This document shows positions 43,324 through 53,944 of a DNA stretch of 64,000 bases, one piece after another (position 1 is the first letter of the stretch; each line of letters starts with the position of its first letter). Position numbers and translations under genes: made by a program. The notes under the pieces were generated by a model. That model made no database searches. It was not told the origin of the DNA and was given only the letters and a program-made list of their open reading frames with translations. The stretch spans positions 434,001-498,000 of the forward strand of contig AP039691.1 of NCBI GenBank assembly GCA_051599415.1. The letters are read 5' to 3'. This DNA is from Savitreella phatthalungensis (lineage: Eukaryota).

Positions 43324-44562
43324 ATGGCTGTCGATGCCTCTGGAACAGCTCGTCTCGATCCAACGTCGCTCGTGCAATCGCTCATCAAGCGAATCTGCAG
43401 GGGCTTTTACGAGCCAAAGCATGCGATCGTCGTCGACATCATCCTCAAGCACTCAATCATGCGCGACGACCATATTGCTCTGCTCATGGGACTACAAAAC
43501 CAGGAAGTCCGAAAACTATGCGGTCGACTCAGGGAGGACCGTATCTTGACGATGCACAATAAGCTCGAAGTGAAGCCTGGGCAGACGCGGCCCATCAACC
43601 GAACATACTACTTCGTCGTCATGCGCGACGCTGTGGATGCAATCAAGTTCAAGATGCATAAGCTTGTGCGCACGGTTGAGGAGCAGTCGAAGAATGACTT
43701 TGACTCAAAGGGGTATATTTGTCCGTTCTGCAAACGCAAGTACTCTGCACTGGACGTGCTACCCTTCGTAACACCTGATGGTCAGGCTTTCGCATGTGGC
43801 GACTGCTCGACCATTCTCGAGGACGATCGGGATAGTATGGAGAATCGAGCGTCGCAGGAGCGTCTAGGTCGATTGCGCAGACAGACAGAAGGTATCATCA
43901 GTACGCTCAAGCAGATTGACGAGAGCGTTGTGCCGGTGAATGACTTTGTCACGAGCTCTGCAAACGCGATACCACCCAGCCTAGACATGCTTTACACGCC
44001 CCAATATCCGCATGGATTGCCATCATCCATCACCGGCGCCAATGGAATGGAAGCACAGCGATATGCGGTTCATGGTGGCGGACAGACCACCAGTGCGCTC
44101 GGCGTATCGGTCGACTTTGACGGAGGTGCAGCTCAGAGTGAGGAAGCAAGGCGCAGAAAGCTTCAGCAGAGCGAGATGAATCAGCTTCCCGAATGGCATC
44201 TCAAATCGACGGTGTCTGGCGACTGGATCGATCCTGCTGGACCGGCGGCGTTGGGCAAGAGACCTGGTAGCGGCGACGCAGCCGGCGATGGCAAGGCGAA
44301 CGGAATGGATGTCGACGACCTGGATGCCGAGGCGGCAGATGACGTTGCAAGCTATTACAAAATGCTCAAGGAGCAGCAGGCCAGGGAGAGACTCGAGTCT
44401 GAGGATGAGATGGATGACGATGATGGCAGTGTGTTTGAGGACGTCATGCCAACCGCTGCAGCTTCATCGCCGGCTGCTGCAGCCACACCGGCAAGCACTG
44501 CTGCTGCCACATCTCCAGGGGACGATAGTGATGAATCTGGCGAGTTTGAGGACGTAGTGTAG
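43324..44562 (+). CDS. TFA1: TFIIE large subunit
   Basis: RGFYE, DAIKFKMH, GYICPFCKRKYSALD...FACGDC zinc ribbon, LPEWH, acidic EFEDV end. Confidence 0.92.
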   Translation: MAVDASGTARLDPTSLVQSLIKRICRGFYEPKHAIVVDIILKHSIMRDDHIALLMGLQNQEVRKLCGRLREDRILTMHNKLEVKPGQTRPINRTYYFVVMRDAVDAIKFKMHKLVRTVEEQSKNDFDSKGYICPFCKRKYSALDVLPFVTPDGQAFACGDCSTILEDDRDSMENRASQERLGRLRRQTEGIISTLKQIDESVVPVNDFVTSSANAIPPSLDMLYTPQYPHGLPSSITGANGMEAQRYAVHGGGQTTSALGVSVDFDGGAAQSEEARRRKLQQSEMNQLPEWHLKSTVSGDWIDPAGPAALGKRPGSGDAAGDGKANGMDVDDLDAEAADDVASYYKMLKEQQARERLESEDEMDDDDGSVFEDVMPTAAASSPAAAATPASTAAATSPGDDSDESGEFEDVV

Positions 44563-44689
44563 TGTACTACCATGGAGTGCAGATAGCAAGTCGAGTGCTC
44601 GCTCGCAATCACGCTAGAGCACGCGACTATATATGAATGTATGACAAGACAAAAGATCGGGAGACATCAATTCTCAGTCCATAAGCATC

Positions 44690-45860
44690 ATGCCGACCGC
44701 TGAGGATCTGAGCTCTGACGTGCAGCTCAAAATCGAAGCACTCATGCTAGATATTCAGCAGGACATCATGGTCAACCGACCACCTAAACTCAAGGTGGAC
44801 CCTATATCGGACCAGGCAACTGCGGCTGGCGGTAAACGCAAGAAGACAGAGGCCATGTCTCAATACGGAACCAAGACCTTTGGTGAGACCAAGGGATCCT
44901 TTTGAAAAGACTCCGGAGGCACTGACTACATACAGCTTCACATGTCGCCATCCTCACCTATCTTTATGAGGCGCTGTCTCGTGGTTTAACGTATACCACG
45001 CGTGACGTCTTTTATCGCGACCCGGAATTGTTCGGTAGTCAGAAGGCGGTAGACGACGCCATCGTCGAGCTGTCGAACAGACTGCAGGTCCCAAGAGATG
45101 CTCTCGGTGTCTGTGCCGCTGGTAAAGGACTGGTCTGTGGGCCTGCAGTGGGTAGTGTCAGCGACAAATTGCTTGACTCGGTTGAGACGCGAATCATTAC
45201 AAGGCCAGACGACATTGTGTTTCGCAGGGAACACTTTGCACAGATCGAAGCCGTCCTGATCGTTGAAAAGGAAGCTATATTTCACCAATTGACTCAGACG
45301 CCCGTGGTTCGCTATTTAGTGCTCATCACAGGCAAGGGATGTGAGTACTGGTGATAAAGAAGTTGTGTGGCAATTCGGGGACTGACAAAGCAGATCCTGA
45401 TCTCGCGACTCAGAAGTTATGCCGCAAGCTCTACGACATGCTTCAGACGTCCAGCAGCCCAACCGTCAGAGCTACACCATTTTTCTGCCTTGTGGATTAT
45501 GACCCGCACGGTGTGGACATACTATTCAATTACAGATTCGGCAGCCGGAAAAGGCTGTTTGAGGAACAAGGTATACCGAGTCTGCGCTGGCTTGGCATGC
45601 ATTGGAGTGACGTGGTGGAAGCAAAACCCCATCAACAAGTACGTCTGATCGAAGGCGAGCGTGAAGTCCTGAAGAGGTTGCTTGAACGCCCACAAGCTAT
45701 AGAAGATGGGGCTCTGCTTGCGTGGCGAAGAGAACTCCATCGAATGCGTATGAACGATATCAAGGCCGAGATTGAGATTATTTACGACATTCTGTCCAAG
45801 CGTGGACAGACGCTGGATTCTTGGCTTGTAGGCTTGATCCAGCAGAGACGCTTTTATTAG
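44690..45860 (+). CDS. SPO11: Meiotic DSB transesterase Spo11/Rec12 (3 exons)
   Basis: Exons 44690-44882, 44936-45340, 45394-45860; RDVFYRD catalytic Tyr, IVEKEA, spliced ITGKGYPD, VDYDPHG, KAEIE. Confidence 0.93.
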
Positions 45861-46110
45861 GCTACAATGCTATGATGATGCCGTCATCCGTGCCATCTCT
45901 CTGTGTCCCGTCGGCTCACTGCATTTTCTGGTGTTCGGCGTGCATCTGCATCTGAGCTCTAGACACCATCCCCCTTCGAAATTTGCGGAGCACGGAATTA
46001 ATGCACGCCCGCGCCCGTGTGCAAGCATGATCTGGTGCAAATACAGTGTCACCCTTGAGGCAGACGTTCACTTGATCAACTGTACTGCTGACATCCAAAA
46101 GATCAAGCTG

Positions 46111-47022
46111 ATGGCAACATCGCCTGCGGCACTGAGGCTACATGTGCCTGCACGTAAGGCATTCGACAGCTATTTCCCCCTTGAAGATTACCGTCCATTG
46201 AGTCACGGATTCGACAGCGATGTGTCTCGATCGGGGACGCCGGAGGTTGGCGCTGGTGCTTCGGATGAGACAAAGACTCAGCGTCGACGGGTCAAGGACG
46301 ATGAGATGATGCAAAGTCTTCCGTTCGCGGTACCGCTCTCTACCTTGCGAGAACACTTCCGCAGAGAAGACTTCGATCCAGATGCATTCCTCGTCGCCCA
46401 CCAGCGGCATACTTCGCTCGACGAGCTGTCGAAAGAACTACGCGACACGGTCAGGCTGCTAGACGAGCGTTTGATCGGCGTCGTCGAGCGCGACTACGAA
46501 GATTTCATCGGTCTAGGAGCCATTTCATCTCGCGTGATCGATGGCGCACTGACGGACAAATTTGGCCGGAAGGCTGATGAGCCTGTGACGGCAAAGATGC
46601 AGCTAGAATATCTGCAGCGTGGTGTCAAGGGTATTGTTACGCAGGTCAAGCGGCTCGAGAGGGATTTGTCGGGCCAAGTGGCTGAAATCGATGTGGTGGT
46701 AGCGCAGCGGAAGCGCGTCAGGCGTGAAGCGCGTTCGCTACAACGGTTTCTGAGAGCTAGCAGAAGTATTGATGAGGCCGAGTACATGCTGGATCAGGAA
46801 GACGATCTGGACTCGGCAGTGGACGCCCTGAGAAATGCGCGAAGAGCACTTGCTGGGCTAGGAGAAGGCGTATGGACGCAGGTGGACGTAGACGAGCTGA
46901 GCACGAAATATACCACGGTGCGGTTAGCTGTGGAACGAGCGCTAAGGCAAGGGATTACCTCGAGTCAGGAGGCAGATGACAAGCTTCGGCTGGCACGGCT
47001 CCTTGCTCAGCTACTACCCTAA
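46111..47022 (+). CDS. COG2: COG complex subunit 2-like
   Basis: FDPDAFL..HTSLDELSKEL..LIGVVERDYEDFIGL N-terminal motif. Confidence 0.7.
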   Translation: MATSPAALRLHVPARKAFDSYFPLEDYRPLSHGFDSDVSRSGTPEVGAGASDETKTQRRRVKDDEMMQSLPFAVPLSTLREHFRREDFDPDAFLVAHQRHTSLDELSKELRDTVRLLDERLIGVVERDYEDFIGLGAISSRVIDGALTDKFGRKADEPVTAKMQLEYLQRGVKGIVTQVKRLERDLSGQVAEIDVVVAQRKRVRREARSLQRFLRASRSIDEAEYMLDQEDDLDSAVDALRNARRALAGLGEGVWTQVDVDELSTKYTTVRLAVERALRQGITSSQEADDKLRLARLLAQLLP

Positions 47023-47556
47023 ACATGAGCTTAATGACTCCTTAATGATATGCACGGTATGACGAACGAGCCAGAATGACATGAGGTGATGTCTCATGAA
47101 CGTGAAGGACACGGAAATGATATCGGCTATACGTACTTGTGCTTGACCCTACTGCGCGAGTCTTCGGATCTCGAGAAGCTAGTCAAGAGCCCTCCTAATT
47201 GAGTGTGTAACGGAAGTCAGGAGACCTGAGCGATGATGCGAATGGTAGTGCTGGTGCTTAAGCTTCAAGCTTTGGCACAGTAACTCGATCCTTATTCTAA
47301 ATTTAGGTAGATTGGCTTGTATCTAAGAAAAGATGCATTCTAGCAGGCTGTCGTGCATTGGATTCTATACCGTACCCTTAATTAGCTGCACAGAAACAAT
47401 CTTTCACTTGACTAGACTCCAGAGTCAATCTTTGCAGGTCAGGTGCACATAGAATATAGAAACGTTTGCCTTCACGACAAGGGGCATAAGCACAAACGGG
47501 AGGCCTCGGACGATCCAAAGTAGATTAGCCACTCTCGATATCCTGTATCACACATT

Positions 47557-47811
47557 ATGGAGAACTTGAATCAGAAAGAGGCCGCTCTGTTCCAGCAGCT
47601 GGTCGAGTCGAAGCAGCAGAAGGAGTACATGCGGATGTACAGCAACCTGGTGGAGCGGTGTTTCAGCGACTGCATTAACGACTTTACCTCCAAGTCGCTC
47701 TCCTCAAAGGAAGAGGGCTGTCTCGAGCGATGCGCTGAAAAGTTCCTCAAACACAGCGAGCGTGTGGGTCAACGATTCGCCGAGGAGAACGCCAACATGA
47801 TGAGCAAGTAA
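47557..47811 (+). CDS. TIM9: Small Tim chaperone Tim9
   Basis: [38 protein letters not shown] twin CX3C. Confidence 0.96.
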   Translation: MENLNQKEAALFQQLVESKQQKEYMRMYSNLVERCFSDCINDFTSKSLSSKEEGCLERCAEKFLKHSERVGQRFAEENANMMSK

Positions 47812-48306
47812 CCAACACGCGGTCCCGAAAATTCTACTAGACTTCGCTACCATATCGACCTACTCAGACGACTCCCACATTTCATATACGATCGAGATTG
47901 GCGAGGGAATTGGAAGGAACAGGCGGGACTCTAGCCTCAAGCCTGATAGACACCTTTGTATGTACAATGACGATGCATCTCCGCTCAAAAGAAGAAGCAA
48001 TCATGTCGTGTGACGCTGTAGAGCAGTCTGGCTGACCTCGACATGCTCAAGCTAAGCCCTGGTCGTGAAGTGATCTATGTTGTGTGCGCCCTTGTCCAGA
48101 CAGGCTCAGGAGATAGCCCTTCTCCCGTTTGCTGCATATCCCTGGACTCTTGCGTGTATACGCTCGACCTAAGTCAGGAAAATTCATGGGTGCAGAAGAA
48201 AATATCAGAAGTACACACAAAAAGCAACTGTCAGCAGCGTACACTCTCACGGGCGAACAGCACTTGTCTACTAATCTCCTGCTTCTCCTATCACCGGGCT
48301 ACAACG

Positions 48307-48681
48307 ATGAGACAGACATATCGAGGGATCGTTGTGAGTGCGTTGAACGCCAAGACAGTCAAGGTGCGGACGACGTCTACGGTGAAGCATCCAGTGGTGC
48401 TGAAGACGTATCAAACGCACAAGGATTTTCTGTGTCACGACGAGAGCGATGCGGTCCGTCCTGGTGACGTTGTGCGGATTGAGAGTTGCAGGCCGCTGAG
48501 CGCTCGGAAGAGGTTTGCTGTGACTGAGATTCTGAGGAGGAGCGCGATCGCACCGGATCCAACACTCATGCGCAAACAGCTCCGCGATCTTGTTCAGAAG
48601 GAGTACACCACCACTAGCAACGACAAAACGTCAACGACGGACACGCCCACAACGGCTACAGGTACAACATCACCTAGTTGA
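48307..48681 (+). CDS. MRPS17: Mitochondrial ribosomal protein uS17m
   Basis: GIVVS..KTVKVR..HP..HDE..GDVVRIESCRPLSARKRF. Confidence 0.88.
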   Translation: MRQTYRGIVVSALNAKTVKVRTTSTVKHPVVLKTYQTHKDFLCHDESDAVRPGDVVRIESCRPLSARKRFAVTEILRRSAIAPDPTLMRKQLRDLVQKEYTTTSNDKTSTTDTPTTATGTTSPS

Positions 48682-48783
48682 TGGAGGAGTGTGACTTTAT
48701 TGTCATAATGATCGTGCAATTTCTCGTTGCGAGGGAAGGATAATGTTATCACGGAAACCCTTCCTCGTTCTTGTCTATGGACT

Positions 48784-50685
48784 TCAGGCAGGGCGGTTGA
48801 CTCGAGCGCGATGGACGTTCCAGACGGTACTGCCGTTGAGGGCTGAGCGTGAGCCGCCGTTGCTGGTGGTGGCGCTGGCGGAGCTGGCCGGGGGTAGGGG
48901 AGTGCTGGAGGCCGCGGGAGCGTCCTTGGTCGGAGGTGGTGGGGACACGTTGCGTGCACTGTCTGGACCAGAACCGATAGTCCAGATTCGAACTGTGCCA
49001 TCGTCCGAGCCACTGGCCCACTCTGCGTCGACGGCAGGATTCCAGACAACGCAACCCACACTCTTGGTGTGTCCTGGCACACGCTCGATCAAAGTCTCCG
49101 ACAGACGGTGCCAGATGACGACGTCCGCATCCTCCGAGCCACTCAGTACAAACTGCTCGTCGTAACCACCGTAGCTCGATCGAATCACGAATTCGCCTTG
49201 CTTCTGTCCTTCATACCTCCGTAGCATCTTGAGGTCCGGAAGCGAGTACTCCTGCACTTCTGTTGTGTGTGCATGATGAGGTCCATCCTGTAAAGGCGAG
49301 CATGACAGGAGAATGCGGCGGGAGTCCTTTGAAATGGTGAGACAGGTCAGTTGCCAGGACGACTGCATCTGATTGACCATTTCCCGGCTCTCGAGATCGT
49401 ACACCTGGACGCGATTGTTTTCCGCCACAACTGCCAGGAATCTTCCATCCTCGGAGACCTTCAAATCGTACACCCTTCCAGGTTCCCAAGTATGCAGGAC
49501 TTCTCCCGTCATGTCATACAAGTTCATCTGGCGGTCAAGTGCGCCTGAGACAAAGCCTGTCGACCTGGCTGATTTTGGTAGGAATGCTGCGCATGAGACT
49601 GGCTGTCTGTGTGTGTGTGAGATCATGTTGAGACGGAGACCTGTGGCGATATCCCACAAGGCTATCGCGGGATCCTGCGAGCACGCAAGTAAGGTGGATT
49701 CATCTGGGGAGAAGACGACATATGTCACACCTCGCCAGATGTTGGCTTGACGATCTGCCTGCGCTTGCTCGGTCGTCCGCCTATTGAGTACGTGCAGCAC
49801 TTCCCAATCGCGCGTTGTGTAGATGATGATCGTCCCATCCGAGCTACTTGTGGCCAGAAAGGTGCCGGTTGGACTGAATTGGACGTGCCAAACCTCCTCG
49901 CGCTGATCCATGAGCTGGACGTGTGTATGTAGTGGGAACGCTGTCCTTGGACACTGGTGGCCGCTTGCCAGTAGAGAAACGGGTGTGCGGGAGACGTGGT
50001 AGAGACAGTCACGAACTTGCTCGTCACGTGCACGGTCCAGCAGGCTCTGCAGCTTACACTCTGGAATCATGCTGTTCGGGGAGATGTCTGCGGATAAACG
50101 CTTCAACAGATTTGCTCTGGATCCTCCATCCGCGCCAGGCCAGTCTGCACGCCTGCGCAGATCCTCTGCGGATGAGGACATGATCAGGCTGGATAGAAAG
50201 TGGAGACGATCGGTGCTATACTTACAAGGCGCAAGCTCGCGGCGGAGGGTCTCGAGTGCTTGTCCTGATTGACGTGCTTCTAGCTGCTCGAGAAACTTTT
50301 GTTCTCTGATGAGGAAGAGCGACTGAACAGGAGAGGCGCTGTCTGCCAGTTCGAGCTCGAGTAATCGAGCCTCTGCGCGCTGATAGTCCCCAGTGAGGAT
50401 AGCATGTTTGAAGTCGGACACGTGCTCCGACTCTACTCGAACACCAGACTCTCTTGACAGCGTCTCCTTCGCATCGTGGTAACCCATATCTCCTAGGGCT
50501 TGAATGATGAGCCTCGTCAGTTCTGTATCAGCATCATGTGGCAGGCTGGCTGCATTGTTGTTGTGAGCGTTAGAGCCAGGAGCGACTCCTGAACCGCGAC
50601 TTGAGCCTGCGCTTGAGCCTGAAGCAGAGGCCGATGCTGATCCTGAAAGCCTTTCATCTTTGATCGACGGTTTGGGCGGATGCAT
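48784..50685 (-). CDS. LisH-CTLH-WD40 protein, Gid7/WDR26-like
   Basis: LTRLIIQALGDMGY, FLIREQKFLE, EVWHVQFS, multiple WD repeats, ASGSDDGTVRIW. Confidence 0.88.
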   Translation of the reverse strand: MHPPKPSIKDERLSGSASASASGSSAGSSRGSGVAPGSNAHNNNAASLPHDADTELTRLIIQALGDMGYHDAKETLSRESGVRVESEHVSDFKHAILTGDYQRAEARLLELELADSASPVQSLFLIREQKFLEQLEARQSGQALETLRRELAPCKYSTDRLHFLSSLIMSSSAEDLRRRADWPGADGGSRANLLKRLSADISPNSMIPECKLQSLLDRARDEQVRDCLYHVSRTPVSLLASGHQCPRTAFPLHTHVQLMDQREEVWHVQFSPTGTFLATSSSDGTIIIYTTRDWEVLHVLNRRTTEQAQADRQANIWRGVTYVVFSPDESTLLACSQDPAIALWDIATGLRLNMISHTHRQPVSCAAFLPKSARSTGFVSGALDRQMNLYDMTGEVLHTWEPGRVYDLKVSEDGRFLAVVAENNRVQVYDLESREMVNQMQSSWQLTCLTISKDSRRILLSCSPLQDGPHHAHTTEVQEYSLPDLKMLRRYEGQKQGEFVIRSSYGGYDEQFVLSGSEDADVVIWHRLSETLIERVPGHTKSVGCVVWNPAVDAEWASGSDDGTVRIWTIGSGPDSARNVSPPPPTKDAPAASSTPLPPASSASATTSNGGSRSALNGSTVWNVHRARVNRPA

Positions 50686-51095
50686 GGGTGAGCGCGGTCT
50701 CTTGCGCAGGCTATCTTGATTGTCACTGTCGAAATCAGAAGGATGCGGCCGCTTGCCGTGGAGCGCCTGTGAAGCCAGAATGCGCGTTCAGACGACGTTG
50801 CGTCCTGAAGCGAAGGCGAAAGCAGTAGCAGAAAGGTTGCGCAATGACCGTTTGAACACAGATGATGTATGAGTGGTTGTAGGCGTGTGGTTTAAAAGGT
50901 GAAAAGAGTCACGCTTCTGACACACACGCGCACACAGACACACAAACGTACAGGCAGAGTACGTATAGTACGTATAGGGTTAAGCAGGTGTACTATAAGG
51001 TATTCCGTAGCTGCAGCTGTCTAGATGTACAGTACATCGGATCTTATCTCCACCCTCCTATGCACCTCGAGTATTAAATTGATTCTGATCATTGT

Positions 51096-51233
51096 ATGGA
51101 ATGGATGGACGGACGGATGGATGCACGATGATCAAATACTCAATTTATCATACATCATCCATCCAGCCATGCCATCATCCATCTAATCGATCATCCATCC
51201 ATCCATTCCATCCATCCATTCCATCCATCCATC
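51096..51233. repeat. (ATGG)n followed by complementary (CCAT)n microsatellites
   Basis: Read directly: 51096-51133 and 51153-51233. Confidence 0.85.
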
Positions 51234-52309
51234 TAGCTATCCACGTATTCGAATCATGAACTTTCAATGATCCTTGCACCCCTTCGAGATCAGAACATTC
51301 GATTCTTTTAGTGCATTCTTCCATTCACTCGATCATTCAGTCATACAGCAGATCAAGTCTAGATCAAATCAGGTCTGGTCAAATCAAGTCGAAAGGAAAA
51401 GGAGAACGATCTTTAATCGCATATATCTCCAGCATGGATCTTCAGAGCGTTTAGCATCCATTCAAGTAGGAACATCTTTGTCTTGTCTTGATTCGATCCC
51501 TGTCGCAGTCACCTCGATCTTCATCCTCATCTTCAGCCGGTGGGCGGCTCTAACAGTCGAATACGCTAGGCTTCGAATGAAGGTGCATGTGATATATTCC
51601 CAAGGTTCCCTCCCATATGCACATTGACCACCACAACAGAAGTGCTGTATGCATGATCACAGAATAGTCTTCTCTCCGATGTAAACACCAATAGAGAGTA
51701 CTCAAGGTAGCTACTCAACCAACAAGCCAGATGTATGTTTCTTTGGCTAAGGCAGTAAGGTCTCTTCCAGAGCTTCAGAATAGCTTGTTTGCCACACTTG
51801 CCGACCTGAAGCCTGGCAACCTACATCATCACAGGATACACCCAGCGGGCAACTATTTTGCTGAATCTCATGACAGTCACTGAGCGCTCCTTTTCCACAA
51901 GTCTCGAATCTTTGAATTACTTGCTGACTGCCTGACACCTATTCTTCGAGCATCATCCACTCTGCCTGGCTCAATTTTCCTACGAGTAAAGGTGATTCTG
52001 CTTCCAAGAATAGGGAAAGCTCAGCTGCGTATAATTTTAGAATCATGCATACGTACGTACGTACGTCCATGCACACAGTCGAAGCTGGTTTGAAACAAGT
52101 TCCAATGCAGGAAGAGGCAGACACAGTGTTCTACCTGTATCCTTCCTCAAGCACTCAAGACATCCTCCCTAACATACTTTCGTCCTCACACCACAAGGCT
52201 TGTTCATCTCCGCTGATAGACGTTCAGTATGTCTCGTTTGATAAGATAGTGGGCTAGACAGATGTGGGAGCTTGCAAAATAGAACGAAGCTCTTGTTCAA
52301 GTCCAGTCC

Positions 52310-53251
52310 ATGTTCAAGCCGAGAACAGTGTTTCCGGCCATTGCCCAGACAACATGGTTCCCAGGTCACATGGCTGCGGCGATGCGAGAAGTAAGACAAT
52401 TACTAAACACTACTGACCTCGTGCTCGAGGTCAGAGATGCTCGAATTCCTTTATCCTCGCGCAATCCCCACTTTGGCGGACTGCTTGCTGGAAAACCTCG
52501 CGTGCTCGTCTACAATAAAGCCGACCTGACGAGCGAGGTCGATGTCCAGACGCTTTCGAGCTGGGAGCCTGGAGCACAGGTCATCCTCCAGAATGCTAAA
52601 GACCCGAAAGCCGTGTCTCGCCTGCTTGCCACCATCAAGAGCTTTGTAAAATCAGGTCACAGCTTGAGCGTGTCTGGTGCACGTCTGCTCGTCGTAGGGA
52701 TGCCGAACGTCGGCAAGTCTACCTTGCTCAACGCTCTTCGTCACGTCTCCCTCAGAAGAGGCAAAGCAGCCAGAACAGGCGCTCAGCCAGGCATCACTCG
52801 CTCGACAAACAGCATCTTCAAAGTAATGGAAGATCCTACTGCCTACATCGTTGATACCCCGGGAATCATGGTTCCATTCGTCCCGAACGCAGAGACGATG
52901 GTCAAGCTCGGCCTGGTTGGATGCATCAAGGATGGGACGGTGGATTTAGTCGTTGTGGCGGACTATCTATTGTACAGATTGAACCTTCGAGATCCTAATG
53001 CTTACGCTGGTTGGTGTCATCCTACGAATGACATCCTCGAGCTCTTGACGGCGGTCGCGACCAAGTCCGGCAGACTAAAGCGCGGCGGAGAGCCTGACGT
53101 AGACGCTGCAGCCAGGCAGGTCGTCCAAGCGTATCGGGACGGCAAGCTAGGTTGCTGGTCGTTGGACGAGCTATACGATGATGCGCTGAAGGACAGGTTG
53201 GCTGAGGAAGCCTCGTTCGAGAGTAAAACCCAGTCCCGAAGAAAATCATGA
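52310..53251 (+). CDS. MTG1: Mitochondrial ribosome-associated GTPase
   Basis: WFPGHM, EVRDARIPLSSRN, NKAD, GMPNVGKS, DTPG. Confidence 0.93.
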   Translation: MFKPRTVFPAIAQTTWFPGHMAAAMREVRQLLNTTDLVLEVRDARIPLSSRNPHFGGLLAGKPRVLVYNKADLTSEVDVQTLSSWEPGAQVILQNAKDPKAVSRLLATIKSFVKSGHSLSVSGARLLVVGMPNVGKSTLLNALRHVSLRRGKAARTGAQPGITRSTNSIFKVMEDPTAYIVDTPGIMVPFVPNAETMVKLGLVGCIKDGTVDLVVVADYLLYRLNLRDPNAYAGWCHPTNDILELLTAVATKSGRLKRGGEPDVDAAARQVVQAYRDGKLGCWSLDELYDDALKDRLAEEASFESKTQSRRKS

Positions 53252-53851
53252 GGTGCCTTGAGAACCAAAGGAACTAAGTGGTCGTCGAGCGAACTCTTCA
53301 TTCTGCTTCCACATTGCAGGCGCCTGTTGCTCGATCGCTCCTGGAATCCCTTCGACGACCATCTCCTCTGATCCGCCTTCAAACGTCTCTAGCTTCCAGA
53401 TTTCTGTCCGCCGCTTGACTTCCTCAAGCGTGTACTCTGCTGCTCGCCATGCCAGTGTACGGTGCGGCGAAGCGACCACGATCGCTACGCTTCCCTCAGT
53501 CACATTCACTCTCCCAAGTCGATGGACACATGCGAGCGCACGCAGATCGGGAAACTTACTCAGCACCTCGGCAGCGATGTCTGCGAGCGTCTTGGAAGCG
53601 AGTGCCTCTGCAGCAGAGTAGTCGAGGTAGAGAACCTTCCTCCCATTGAAATTGTCACGCGTCGTCCCAAGAAATGAAACAACTGCACCTGCGCCTGGAT
53701 GTCTACACCGATCCACGAGCTCTTGTAAGTTCAGGGGCTCATGTGTGAGTCCTGTGAGGACCAGTGGAGCACCGACCGACATTCCACTATGCGTCATGCC
53801 GTCTTTCGCCTTTGTCTGCAAAATACAATGGTCTACTTCCCAATCGGGCAT
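53246..53851 (-). CDS. Molybdopterin synthase large subunit (MoaE/MOCS2B)
   Basis: AGAVVSFLGTTRDNF, HRLGRV, SPHR, EIWKLE; start codon uncertain. Confidence 0.9.
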   Translation of the reverse strand: MPDWEVDHCILQTKAKDGMTHSGMSVGAPLVLTGLTHEPLNLQELVDRCRHPGAGAVVSFLGTTRDNFNGRKVLYLDYSAAEALASKTLADIAAEVLSKFPDLRALACVHRLGRVNVTEGSVAIVVASPHRTLAWRAAEYTLEEVKRRTEIWKLETFEGGSEEMVVEGIPGAIEQQAPAMWKQNEEFARRPLSSFGSQGTS

Positions 53852-53944
53852 CCATAGACGAAAACAAATCCGTCACGCTTTTTTTTGCTCCTGACTAGAG
53901 GGAGCACTTGTCAGCAACAGATCTGAGGATCGCTGTAGAGGGGC

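Noticed and set aside
52167..52173. CCCTAAC as a telomerase RNA template in the long intergenic gap
   Set aside because: Only 7 nt, shorter than the roughly 1.5 repeats expected, and no supporting structure was recognised.
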